A stretch of 64,000 nt of DNA from Bacteroidales bacterium UBA5433 (GTDB lineage: Bacteria > Bacteroidota > Bacteroidia > Bacteroidales > UBA932): assembly GCA_002427525.1 (NCBI GenBank), contig DIRP01000002.1:16997-80996 (forward strand). Reading direction: 5' to 3'. Below the pieces are notes generated by a model. That model made no database searches. It saw nothing but the letters and a program-made list of their open reading frames with translations, and had not been told where the DNA came from. Made by a program: the position numbers and the translations under genes. Of this stretch, positions 27,791-36,822 are shown one piece after another; position 1 is the stretch's first letter; each line of letters starts with the position of its first letter.

Positions 27791-29223
27791 CTTTTTCCCG
27801 TTTTGCTGACAAAATTGACGGTCTGCACTACCTGGCAGAAAAAATGGAGTTATCCGGTTCTCGTGTACGCAGGTACCTCATGAAAACTCCGTTTTGTACC
27901 AAGGCAGAAGTACTTGAAAGCCATTTTGATATACTCCAAAAGGCGTTCGATATACTGGAAACTCCGGGAACCGGTCCGGTTGTAATGCAATTGAAGCATT
28001 TGTTCACAACGGTACATGATATCAGCGGGACGCTGGAGGATTTGAAACAGCACCGTGTGCTGGATGAAATAGCCTTGTTTGAAATTAAGTACTTTGCCTC
28101 TTTGTGCCGGGATTTCAGGCTTTTATGCGAAAAACTTGATTTCACGAGCCAGGCACCGGATTGCCTGCAGCCTGTTTTTGATTTGCTGGATCCTGATAGT
28201 ACGGGAACGGCAGGTTTCTACATCTACGATTCGTACAGTAAATCCTTGGCCTATGCCCGGAAAAAAGCGGCTGCCACAGACCCTGATAAAGATTTGGCTC
28301 TCTGGGGCAGAGCCACCGACCGGGTACTGCAGGAAGAGTTGCTGGTAAGGAAGGAGTTGTCTGCTAAACTAAGCCGGATGTACGATGTCTTGCAAAGCAA
28401 TTTTGACAGGCTGGCTTATCTGGAACTATGGTTTGCCAAAGCAGAATTGGCCGGGAAGTATGGGATGGTACGCCCTGTCATAGTTCCCGCTACAGGAACC
28501 GGTACGGAAGTTTTCTCTGTTGATGGTATGGTGAATCCTGTTATAGCGGATATTCTGGCAGCAGACGGTATGACATTTCAACCGGTTTCCCTTATGCTGC
28601 AACAGGGACCGTGCCTGCTTACAGGAGCCAATATGAGCGGGAAGACGGTTGTTTTGAAAACTTTGGCTCTGGTACAGGCCCTTACGCAATTCTCATTCTT
28701 TATTCCTGCCCGCAAGGCGGTAATTCCGCTTGTAAAGGACGTTTTCCTTGTGATTGGCGACAAACAGGACCATTACAGGGGGTTGTCTTCGTATGCGGCT
28801 GAAATGCTTGAATTGGACAAAATAATGGGCATAGTTAAAGAGGGGGCAGATGTCCTGGTTTTGGCAGATGAACCGGCAAGAACTACAAATCCTGCAGAAG
28901 GGGCTGCTATTTTGTGTGCCCTTATTGCATTCCTGCAGCAATACAACGTAAGATCTCTGGTAAGTACGCATTACGGCGAGCTGGACGTGTCTGTACGCAA
29001 GCTCAGGGTGGCAGGATTTGAAGGAGGCAAGGCAACAGGGCGCCTGGATCCGGCCTCTGTCAGTAAATATATGAATTATAGCTTAATTGAAGATAAAGAT
29101 GATGCTGTACCAAAAGAAGCCCTGCTGATTGCACAGTTGCTTGGTGTAGATGCATCGTTTATTCAGATGGCACAGAATTTTTTGAAAAAGAACGGTAATG
29201 AAAGAATCCAAACTGGGGCTTGA
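27787..29223 (+). CDS. kamC: KamC, MutS-ATPase-domain protein (putative reactivase ATPase)
   Basis: TGANMSGKT Walker A, GLSSYAAEM, DEPARTTNP.EG, STHY. At 478 aa it lacks the mismatch-binding domains. Confidence 0.75.
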   Translation: MTFSRFADKIDGLHYLAEKMELSGSRVRRYLMKTPFCTKAEVLESHFDILQKAFDILETPGTGPVVMQLKHLFTTVHDISGTLEDLKQHRVLDEIALFEIKYFASLCRDFRLLCEKLDFTSQAPDCLQPVFDLLDPDSTGTAGFYIYDSYSKSLAYARKKAAATDPDKDLALWGRATDRVLQEELLVRKELSAKLSRMYDVLQSNFDRLAYLELWFAKAELAGKYGMVRPVIVPATGTGTEVFSVDGMVNPVIADILAADGMTFQPVSLMLQQGPCLLTGANMSGKTVVLKTLALVQALTQFSFFIPARKAVIPLVKDVFLVIGDKQDHYRGLSSYAAEMLELDKIMGIVKEGADVLVLADEPARTTNPAEGAAILCALIAFLQQYNVRSLVSTHYGELDVSVRKLRVAGFEGGKATGRLDPASVSKYMNYSLIEDKDDAVPKEALLIAQLLGVDASFIQMAQNFLKKNGNERIQTGA

Positions 29224-30754
29224 TTTTGTAAAAGTAGAAAAAGCCAGAAATAAGGCGAAAGGAATCGCAGATCAGGTGCAAGACTTTGTAGAAGACTACA
29301 CCACTGTAGCGGTAGAAAGGACGCTTTGCCGCCTGATGGGTATTGACGGAACAGACCGGGATGGTGTTCCTTTGCCCAATGTGGTAGTTGACCACTTGAA
29401 GGAAAAGGGGATTCTGGGCGACGGCGTGCTTCATTTTCTGGGCAATGCACTTTACAATACAGGAAAGTCTCCTGTACAGGTTGCACAAGAAATGGCTGCC
29501 GGGAAATCAGATTTTATTTTTAAAGAAACGGCTCCGGCTGCTAAGATGCAGGAAGTGTTGCAACCCTTTGTGGATACCAGTGTGGCCAGAATCAGAGAGA
29601 AAAGACAGGTACGGGAGTCGCGTCTGGAGAGGTTGGGAGAAAGTCCCAAACCTTACGTGTACGTAATTGTGGCAACGGGGAATATTTATGAAGATGCTGT
29701 GCAGGCCACGGCGGCAGCCCGGCAGGGAGCAGACGTGATTGCCGTAATACGAACTACGGGTCAGTCGCTGCTTGATTACGTCCCGTACGGAGCCACTACA
29801 GAAGGCTTTGGTGGAACGTACGCCACCCAGGAAAATTTCAGGATTATGAGGCAAGCCCTTGACAAAGCCGGGGATGATGTGGGAAGGTACATCAGGTTGT
29901 GCAACTATTGTTCCGGGCTTTGTATGCCGGAGATTGCCGTGATGGGCGCTTTTGAAGGTCTGGATATGATGCTTAACGATGCGCTGTACGGAATCCTGTT
30001 CCGCGACATCAATATGCAAAGAACGCTCGTAGACCAATACTTTTCCAGAATGATTAACGGTTTTGCCGGGGTCATTATCAATACGGGCGAAGACAATTAC
30101 CTTACCACGGCAGATGCGGTGGAAGAGGCGCACACCGTGCTTGCCTCGGATTTTATAAACGAACAGCTGGCAAAGATTGCGGGGCTTCCCGAGGAACAGA
30201 TGGGGCTGGGACATGCCTTTGAAATTGATCCGGAACTGGAAAATTCGTTCCTCTACGAATTGGCACAGGCACAGATGATCCGGGAAATCTTTCCCAAAGC
30301 GCCGTTAAAATACATGCCGCCCACCAAATTTATGACAGGCAATATTTTTAAAGGACACATTCAGGATGCTCTTTTCAATCTGGCCGGAATCTGGACCGGG
30401 CAGGGGATTCAGTTGCTGGGTATGCCAACAGAGGCTATCCACACTCCATTTATGAGTGACAGGTTCCTGGCTATTGAAAATGCACGGTACATTTTTTCAG
30501 CCTTTAAGGATATTGGACAAGAAGTTTCTTTTGCCAAAGACGGTTTTATTCGCAACAGAGCCACAGAGGTTCTTGGCAATGCTTACACACTGCTTGAAAA
30601 AGTAGAGAAAGAAGGGTTGTTTACGGCATTGGAGAAAGGGTATTTCGCCAACGTGCGTCGCCCGCGTACCGGGGGAAAGGGGCTGGAAGGCGTTACACGT
30701 AAGTCTCCGGTTTATAGGAATCCGTATATTGAACTGTTTAAAGGAAATAGATGA
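29198..30754 (+). CDS. kamD: D-lysine/beta-lysine 5,6-aminomutase alpha subunit
   Basis: TTVAVERT, YVIVATGNIYED, IRTTGQSLLDYVPYG, NYCSGLCMPE, KYMPPTK. Confidence 0.96.
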   Translation: MKESKLGLDFVKVEKARNKAKGIADQVQDFVEDYTTVAVERTLCRLMGIDGTDRDGVPLPNVVVDHLKEKGILGDGVLHFLGNALYNTGKSPVQVAQEMAAGKSDFIFKETAPAAKMQEVLQPFVDTSVARIREKRQVRESRLERLGESPKPYVYVIVATGNIYEDAVQATAAARQGADVIAVIRTTGQSLLDYVPYGATTEGFGGTYATQENFRIMRQALDKAGDDVGRYIRLCNYCSGLCMPEIAVMGAFEGLDMMLNDALYGILFRDINMQRTLVDQYFSRMINGFAGVIINTGEDNYLTTADAVEEAHTVLASDFINEQLAKIAGLPEEQMGLGHAFEIDPELENSFLYELAQAQMIREIFPKAPLKYMPPTKFMTGNIFKGHIQDALFNLAGIWTGQGIQLLGMPTEAIHTPFMSDRFLAIENARYIFSAFKDIGQEVSFAKDGFIRNRATEVLGNAYTLLEKVEKEGLFTALEKGYFANVRRPRTGGKGLEGVTRKSPVYRNPYIELFKGNR

Positions 30755-31512
30755 CCATGCTTGATAAAACACTGAATTTAACAGAAGTAAAGCCTTACGG
30801 CGATACCATGAACGATGGTAAGGTACAGCTTAGTTTTACATTACCCGTTCCTATAGGGCCCGAAGCCATAGAGGCAGCCAAGCAGTTGTTGCGAACCATG
30901 GGGTTAGACAATCCGTTGGTAGTGTATACGGTGGAACTTACTCCGGGGTTTACTTTTTTTAACTGTTACGGGAATTTGCAACATACGGTCAATTATTTGT
31001 CCATACAGGTTCCTAAAGTAGATGCTGTAGTTATGGATATGGCAGAAGCAGATGCTTATATCAAAGAACATATCGGTCGTAAATTGGTTATGGTTGGAGC
31101 CAGTACAGGAACCGATGCCCATACGGTGGGCATTGATGCCATCATGAACATGAAAGGGTACGCCGGTCATTTTGGATTGGAACGTTATGGAATGATTGAA
31201 GCCTACAACCTGGGATCTCAGGTTGCCAACGAGGAATTGATTGCAAAAGCCATAGAATTGAGAGCAGATGCCATCCTTATTTCACAAACGGTAACCCAAA
31301 AAGACGTTCATATTGAAAACCTGACCCGGTTTATTGAAATGGCCGAGGCGGAAGGGATCCGGGATCGGATGGTGCTCGTCTGCGGAGGCCCCAGAATTTC
31401 GCATGAATTAGCAAAAGAACTGGGATTTGATGCCGGTTTTGGAGTGAATACCTACGCAACGGATGTGTCCTCTTATGTGGCTCAGGAAATTGTAAGAAGA
31501 TCAACTAAATAA
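30751..31512 (+). CDS. kamE: Lysine 5,6-aminomutase beta (B12-binding) subunit
   Basis: KPYGDTMNDGKVQLSFTLP, DAHTVG (DxHxxG B12 motif), MNMKG PLP lysine. Confidence 0.96.
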   Translation: MTMLDKTLNLTEVKPYGDTMNDGKVQLSFTLPVPIGPEAIEAAKQLLRTMGLDNPLVVYTVELTPGFTFFNCYGNLQHTVNYLSIQVPKVDAVVMDMAEADAYIKEHIGRKLVMVGASTGTDAHTVGIDAIMNMKGYAGHFGLERYGMIEAYNLGSQVANEELIAKAIELRADAILISQTVTQKDVHIENLTRFIEMAEAEGIRDRMVLVCGGPRISHELAKELGFDAGFGVNTYATDVSSYVAQEIVRRSTK

Positions 31513-31544
31513 TAAATAGTAATAACATTCAGAAAAAAAACATC

Positions 31545-32201
31545 ATGGATAAAAATCAGATCAGGGAAACCATTGCGCGCCGCGCCGCCAGTGAATTGAA
31601 AAAAGGTGACGTAGTAAATTTGGGCATTGGATTGCCCACAGAGGTATTAAGGTATATACCTTCAGATATTAAAGTGACCATGCAATCTGAAAATGGTTGC
31701 ATGGGAATGGGAAATCCGCCTGAAGCCGGTCAGGAAGATCCTGATCTGATAGATGCAGGCGGTGGATATATTACCTTGAAAAAAGGGGCATCCTGTTTTG
31801 ATACGGCTACTTCTTTTTCTATCATCCGCGGGGGCCACGTTGATATTACTATGCTGGGCTCGTTGCAGGTAGATGAAAAAGGCAATATTGCCAATTGGTC
31901 CATTCCGGGTAAACTGACTCCGGGAATGGGAGGTGCCATGGATTTGATAGTAGGTGCGAAAAAGGTCATAGTCATCATGGAGCATACCGCAAAGGGTAAG
32001 CATAAGATCTTGGACGTCTGCACGCTCCCTTTAACAGCAGCGGGGCAGGTTGATCGCATTATAACAGAGATGGGAGTAATGGACGTTACTCCGGAAGGGC
32101 TTGTTCTTCAAGAGCTAAATGAATTCTTTACCTTTGAAGAGATTCAGGCCGCAACAGGCTGCAAGTTGATTCTTGCAGAAGATTGGAAACCTATGAATTA
32201 A
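31545..32201 (+). CDS. atoA: Acetoacetate/3-oxoacid CoA-transferase subunit B
   Basis: VNLGIGLPT, catalytic SENG, IRGGH, GMGGAMDL. Confidence 0.92.
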   Translation: MDKNQIRETIARRAASELKKGDVVNLGIGLPTEVLRYIPSDIKVTMQSENGCMGMGNPPEAGQEDPDLIDAGGGYITLKKGASCFDTATSFSIIRGGHVDITMLGSLQVDEKGNIANWSIPGKLTPGMGGAMDLIVGAKKVIVIMEHTAKGKHKILDVCTLPLTAAGQVDRIITEMGVMDVTPEGLVLQELNEFFTFEEIQAATGCKLILAEDWKPMN

Positions 32202-32222
32202 TTAATCATTTTAAAGTTAGAT

Positions 32223-33425
32223 ATGGAAAAAGTGTATATTATTGCGGCTAAAAGAACAGCCATTGGAAAAATGTTGGGTTCACTCACAGGAGTCGCTCCC
32301 GCTACTATGGCAGCAACCGTTATCAAAAACATTCTGGAAGAAACAAAAATTGACCCTGCAAAGATTGATGAAGTCATTGTGGGAAACATCCTCATGGCAG
32401 GACAAAAGCAAGGGGTGGCACGTCAGGCTGCCGTTCAGGCAGGAATCCCGCATCATGTCCCGGCTTATGGGGTGAACATGATTTGTGGCAGCGGAATGAA
32501 ATCCATAATGAACGGATACCAGTCCATTCTAAGCGGCCATGCCTCCCTTGTTCTGGCCGGCGGGGTAGAAAATATGTCGGATGCCGGGTTCGTCATGCAA
32601 GGAGTTCGTCAGGGCATTAAGATGGGTGATTTTAAAGCCATTGACCATATGGTATGTGATGGACTTACAGATGCTTTCGGCAATTACCACATGGGAATTA
32701 CAGCAGAAAATATTGCTGAAAAATACGGAATTAGCCGGGAAGAACAGGATGCATTTTCCTACAAATCTCAGCAAAAAGCCATTCGGGCTATTGATACCGG
32801 AATGTTTAAAGACGAAATAGTACCTCTGGAGATTGCACGCAGAAAAGAAACGTTTGTTTTTGATACGGATGAATTTCCCAACAGAACAACCACATTGGAA
32901 AAAATGTCCGGTTTACGGCCTGCATTTAAAAAAGACGGAACCGTGACTGCAGCCAATGCGTCCGGAATCAACGACGGCGCTTCCTTTGTTTTACTGGCCT
33001 CGGAAAAAACCGTTAAAGAATTGGGACTTAAGCCACTGGCCGAGATTGTAGCGGCCGATCAGGGAGGTGTGGACCCGGCATATATGGGCATGGGCCCGGT
33101 TCCTGCGATAGGTAAGGTGTTGAAAAGGGCAGGCATGAAACTCGGTCAGATGGATTTGCTGGAACTGAACGAGGCTTTTGCTGCGCAGTCGCTGGGTGTG
33201 ATTCATGAGCTGAAGGAACAGCATGGAGTAGATAACGGATGGTTCGATTCCCATTGTAATGTGAACGGGGGTGCTATAGCGCTGGGGCATCCTATCGGAG
33301 CTTCCGGAAACAGGATTACCGTAACCTTGATTTATGAGATGAAGCGCAGGAATGCAATGTACGGGATGGCTTCGTTATGTATTGGCGGGGGAATGGGAAC
33401 AGCTCTGATTCTTAAGAACGTATAA
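32223..33425 (+). CDS. atoB: Acetyl-CoA C-acetyltransferase (thiolase)
   Basis: NMICGSG, NEAFA, GGAIALGHPIGASG, CIGGG. Confidence 0.95.
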   Translation: MEKVYIIAAKRTAIGKMLGSLTGVAPATMAATVIKNILEETKIDPAKIDEVIVGNILMAGQKQGVARQAAVQAGIPHHVPAYGVNMICGSGMKSIMNGYQSILSGHASLVLAGGVENMSDAGFVMQGVRQGIKMGDFKAIDHMVCDGLTDAFGNYHMGITAENIAEKYGISREEQDAFSYKSQQKAIRAIDTGMFKDEIVPLEIARRKETFVFDTDEFPNRTTTLEKMSGLRPAFKKDGTVTAANASGINDGASFVLLASEKTVKELGLKPLAEIVAADQGGVDPAYMGMGPVPAIGKVLKRAGMKLGQMDLLELNEAFAAQSLGVIHELKEQHGVDNGWFDSHCNVNGGAIALGHPIGASGNRITVTLIYEMKRRNAMYGMASLCIGGGMGTALILKNV

Positions 33426-33444
33426 TTTATAACGTATAACTTAT
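33417..33444 (+). repeat. 14-bp tandem duplication spanning the thiolase stop codon
   Basis: AACGTATAATTTAT followed directly by AACGTATAACTTAT. Confidence 0.7.
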
Positions 33445-33511
33445 TAGCGTGCTCCGGGCTGCTGTATCTAAAAAATAGTTTTTTTGTGTTGAAAGTTTTA
33501 AATCTTTGATT

Positions 33512-35158
33512 ATGAAAACACATTATCTAGAATATATTAGAGACAGTATGGTTAAGGCGTGGGATTCGCCGGCAATGACCAATTACAACAAGAATTCCTA
33601 TACCTACGGAGAAGTAGCCCGGAATATAGCACGTCTTCAAATTTTATTTGAAAAAACCGGATTAAAAAAAGGCGATAAAGTAGCACTTTGCGGGCCCAAC
33701 AGTGCCGAGTGGGGTATTGCCTTTTTAGCGGTTACCAGTTACGAATCGGTAGCAGTGCCTTTACTGAATGATTTTCTTCCTGAAAGCATCATGACGCTGA
33801 CAGACCACTCCGAGGCACGTTTTTTATTTGTAAGTAAAGATATCTGGGAAAAGATGGATGTTGCCCGCATACCTTTGCTGGAGCTGGCAATTTGTTTGGA
33901 AAACAATGGCATTCTGTTTTCTAAAAACCCCGACTTCGTTGCAATTCACAACCACATAGATGAACTGTTCAGTCAAAAATATCCGGACGGTTTTGGACCG
34001 GAGCATGTAGATTATCCTACCGATAACCTGGATGATCTGGTATTGATAAATTACACTTCAGGTACTACAAGTGCTCCCAAGGGAGTAATGTTGACAAACC
34101 GCAATATTTCTTCTAACATACAGTATGGGCAAAGTGAAATACCCAACGGGCCGGAAGATACCCTGGTTTCTATGCTTCCTATGGCCCATATGTATGGGAT
34201 GGCTTTTGAGTTTTTATACCAATTGGCAGGCGGAACACAGGTTTTCTTCCTGGGGAAAGTTCCGTCACCCAAAGTTCTGTTTAATGCCCTGGCTACTGTA
34301 AAACCCTACATGATTATTACAGTACCTTTGGTTATTGAAAAAATCTTTAAAAGCTCTGTGTTTCCGACCATTCATAAACCTATAATTAAAGTTCTTATGA
34401 AGGTTCCCGGTCTGGCGGCTGTACTACATGCACAGATAAGAAAGAAGTTGTTGCATGCTTTTGGAGGCAATTTGCGTACACTGATTATTGGAGGAGCTGC
34501 CATCAATCAGGAAGTGGAAGATTTGATGAAAGCTATTAAACTGCCTTATACGGTAGGGTACGGAATGACAGAATGTGCACCGATTCTTGCTTATGAGGAT
34601 GTCTCAAAATTTGTAAAAAAATCATGTGGCAAGCCTGTGCACCGTATGTCATTGAGGGTAGCTTCACCGGATCCGGAAACAGGTATTGGAGAGTTGCAGG
34701 CACGCGGAGACAACGTAATGATGGGGTATTATAAAAATCCTGAAGCCACGGCTGCTGCGTTCACTAAAGACGGTTGGCTGCGGACCGGGGACCTGGGATA
34801 TATAGATAAAAAAAATAACGTGTTTATTAAAGGACGTAGCAAGAACCTGATTGTGGGAGCCAACGGCCAAAACATTTATCCGGAAGAAATTGAAGACAAA
34901 CTTAACAACCAGCCTTATGTCATTGAGTCCGTTGTTGTGGAACGGGACAAAAAGCTGGTGGCTTTGGTATTTCCGGATTACGACCGGGTATCTCAGGAAT
35001 CTCTGGATTCTACAGGTTTGTCAAGCCTGATGGAAGAAAATCGGTTGAGATTGAATATGTTGTTACCTGTTTTTAGCAGGATTGCTAAAATTGAACTACA
35101 AGACGAAGCTTTTGAAAAAACGCCCAAACGCAGTATCAAGCGGTTTTTGTACAAATAA
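33512..35158 (+). CDS. Long-chain acyl-CoA synthetase (AMP-binding)
   Basis: YTSGTTSAPKG, GYGMTE, TGDLG, NIYPEEIE. Confidence 0.92.
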   Translation: MKTHYLEYIRDSMVKAWDSPAMTNYNKNSYTYGEVARNIARLQILFEKTGLKKGDKVALCGPNSAEWGIAFLAVTSYESVAVPLLNDFLPESIMTLTDHSEARFLFVSKDIWEKMDVARIPLLELAICLENNGILFSKNPDFVAIHNHIDELFSQKYPDGFGPEHVDYPTDNLDDLVLINYTSGTTSAPKGVMLTNRNISSNIQYGQSEIPNGPEDTLVSMLPMAHMYGMAFEFLYQLAGGTQVFFLGKVPSPKVLFNALATVKPYMIITVPLVIEKIFKSSVFPTIHKPIIKVLMKVPGLAAVLHAQIRKKLLHAFGGNLRTLIIGGAAINQEVEDLMKAIKLPYTVGYGMTECAPILAYEDVSKFVKKSCGKPVHRMSLRVASPDPETGIGELQARGDNVMMGYYKNPEATAAAFTKDGWLRTGDLGYIDKKNNVFIKGRSKNLIVGANGQNIYPEEIEDKLNNQPYVIESVVVERDKKLVALVFPDYDRVSQESLDSTGLSSLMEENRLRLNMLLPVFSRIAKIELQDEAFEKTPKRSIKRFLYK

Positions 35159-35159
35159 A

Positions 35160-35723
35160 TCAGATAGAAAACACACACCCGCAATACGTCTGTCTGTACA
35201 GATGTTCTTTTTGGGATAACTCTACAGAACGCCTGAATCCGTCTTTCTTTTTAAAATCTGAAGGAAGGTAGGAAATACCTCCTGTCCGGCAGGCTGTTTC
35301 TTCCCCCAAAGTATTAATTAGTTTTGCGTTTTTGTGCGGACTAAGTGTTAGCGTGGTGCAAAAGAAGTCAAAATTGTTTTCTTTGGCATACCGTGCTGTT
35401 TCCTGCAACCGCAAACGAAAACAAATTTCACACCTGCGACCTCCTTCCGGTTCGTTTTCATAACCCCGGACAGCTTCCAGGAAAAGTGCAGGGTCTGCAT
35501 TTCCTGCAACAAACGGAATTTTTGAACCATAAGTCTGCTGTATGTACCTCTCGGCTTCGTTTTTCCTTTTATCGTATTCTGCATTTGGCGCAATGTTGGG
35601 GTTGAAAAAGAAAACGGATACAGCATAGTGCGGAACCAAACGTTCCAACACTGTTGTAGAACAGGGTCCGCAACAGACATGAAGCAATAACCGGGGAAGT
35701 TTGTTTTCCATAGGAATATTCAT
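35160..35723 (-). CDS. queH: Epoxyqueuosine reductase QueH
   Basis: LLHVCCGPCS, FNPNI, RCEICF, TTLTLSPHK, YRQTYCGC. Confidence 0.93.
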   Translation of the reverse strand: MNIPMENKLPRLLLHVCCGPCSTTVLERLVPHYAVSVFFFNPNIAPNAEYDKRKNEAERYIQQTYGSKIPFVAGNADPALFLEAVRGYENEPEGGRRCEICFRLRLQETARYAKENNFDFFCTTLTLSPHKNAKLINTLGEETACRTGGISYLPSDFKKKDGFRRSVELSQKEHLYRQTYCGCVFSI

Positions 35724-35769
35724 TCAAATATAATGAATTTGATTACTTTTGCACCTAATATAATGTAAC

Positions 35770-36822
35770 ATGATGAAATCAATAAATAATCAGACCGTAC
35801 TGGTTTTATCTGCCTTGCTTTTTTTTGTGACTTCCTGCCATTCCGGGACCTCTAATCAGAAGCAGGCTGGGGGGCCTGTGAAGGTTAAGGTTCATACTGT
35901 TTCTGAAAACAGTATGAAGTCAGAAAGGGAGTACGTTGGCGTGGTAGAAGAGGCTAGTAATGTAGCTTTGAGTTTTCCGTCACCCGGTAAGATTAAAAAG
36001 GTGTATGTTTCTGTTGGACAGCATGTACGTGAAGGACAGGTGTTGGCTTGTACCGATTCGGAAACTTTGGAAAATATGCACGCTACTTCGCTGGCAATGC
36101 TCAAACAAGCAGAAGATGCCTGGGACAGGATGACGCTTCTTTATGAATCGGGTACTTTACCGGAAATTCAGTACGTTGAAATTCGGACCAAACTGGAGCA
36201 AGCGAGAGCTTCAGAAAGGATTGCTGCCCGGGCGCTGGCAGAAACAGAATTAAGAGCGCCTATGGAAGGAATAGTAGGCAGGCGCATGGTAGAAGTAGGA
36301 ATGAACGTACTGCCTGACCAGCCTGTAATGACCCTGCTGAATACACGCAGACCTGTAGTCAACATTTCCGTTCCTGAAAATGAGGTGTTTGATACAAAAA
36401 CAGGACAGACCTCCCGGATACAGGTTGGTGCTTTGAAAAACCTGGAATTAACCGGAAAGGTAACGGAAAAAGGTGTGAAGGCACACCCTTATACACACGG
36501 GTACGGAGTGAAAATTACCCTTGACAGGGAAGTTCCCGGCTTGCTTCCGGGCATGGTATGTAAGGTATATCTTAACAATGTACCTGTGGAAAGCAACGTA
36601 GTGGTTCCGCCACGTGCCATTATTCCGGAAGCATATAAACGGGGACATTATGTGTGGGTACTGGACAATGAAAATGAAGTTCACAAAAGAACGGTACGTA
36701 TTGGAGGAATTGTTCCCGGAGGAATAACAATCAAAGAAGGAGTATCACCGGGAGAAAGGGTGGTTGAAGAAGGCCACCAGAGAGTAAGTGAAAATATTAA
36801 AGTAGAGGTAGTCAATGAGTAA
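35770..36822 (+). CDS. RND efflux periplasmic adaptor (MFP) lipoprotein
   Basis: Lipobox VTSC, alpha-hairpin, LRAPMEG, LLPGM; precedes an AcrB-type gene. TACTTTTG box at 35744. Confidence 0.92.
   Translation: MMKSINNQTVLVLSALLFFVTSCHSGTSNQKQAGGPVKVKVHTVSENSMKSEREYVGVVEEASNVALSFPSPGKIKKVYVSVGQHVREGQVLACTDSETLENMHATSLAMLKQAEDAWDRMTLLYESGTLPEIQYVEIRTKLEQARASERIAARALAETELRAPMEGIVGRRMVEVGMNVLPDQPVMTLLNTRRPVVNISVPENEVFDTKTGQTSRIQVGALKNLELTGKVTEKGVKAHPYTHGYGVKITLDREVPGLLPGMVCKVYLNNVPVESNVVVPPRAIIPEAYKRGHYVWVLDNENEVHKRTVRIGGIVPGGITIKEGVSPGERVVEEGHQRVSENIKVEVVNE

Noticed and set aside
27787..29223. DNA mismatch-repair MutS or MutS pseudogene
   Set aside because: Intact ORF with only the ATPase region, at the kamC position of the lysine operon.
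18772..35723. queA and queH as a functional cluster
   Set aside because: They are 15 kb apart on opposite strands with unrelated genes between; no evidence of linkage.
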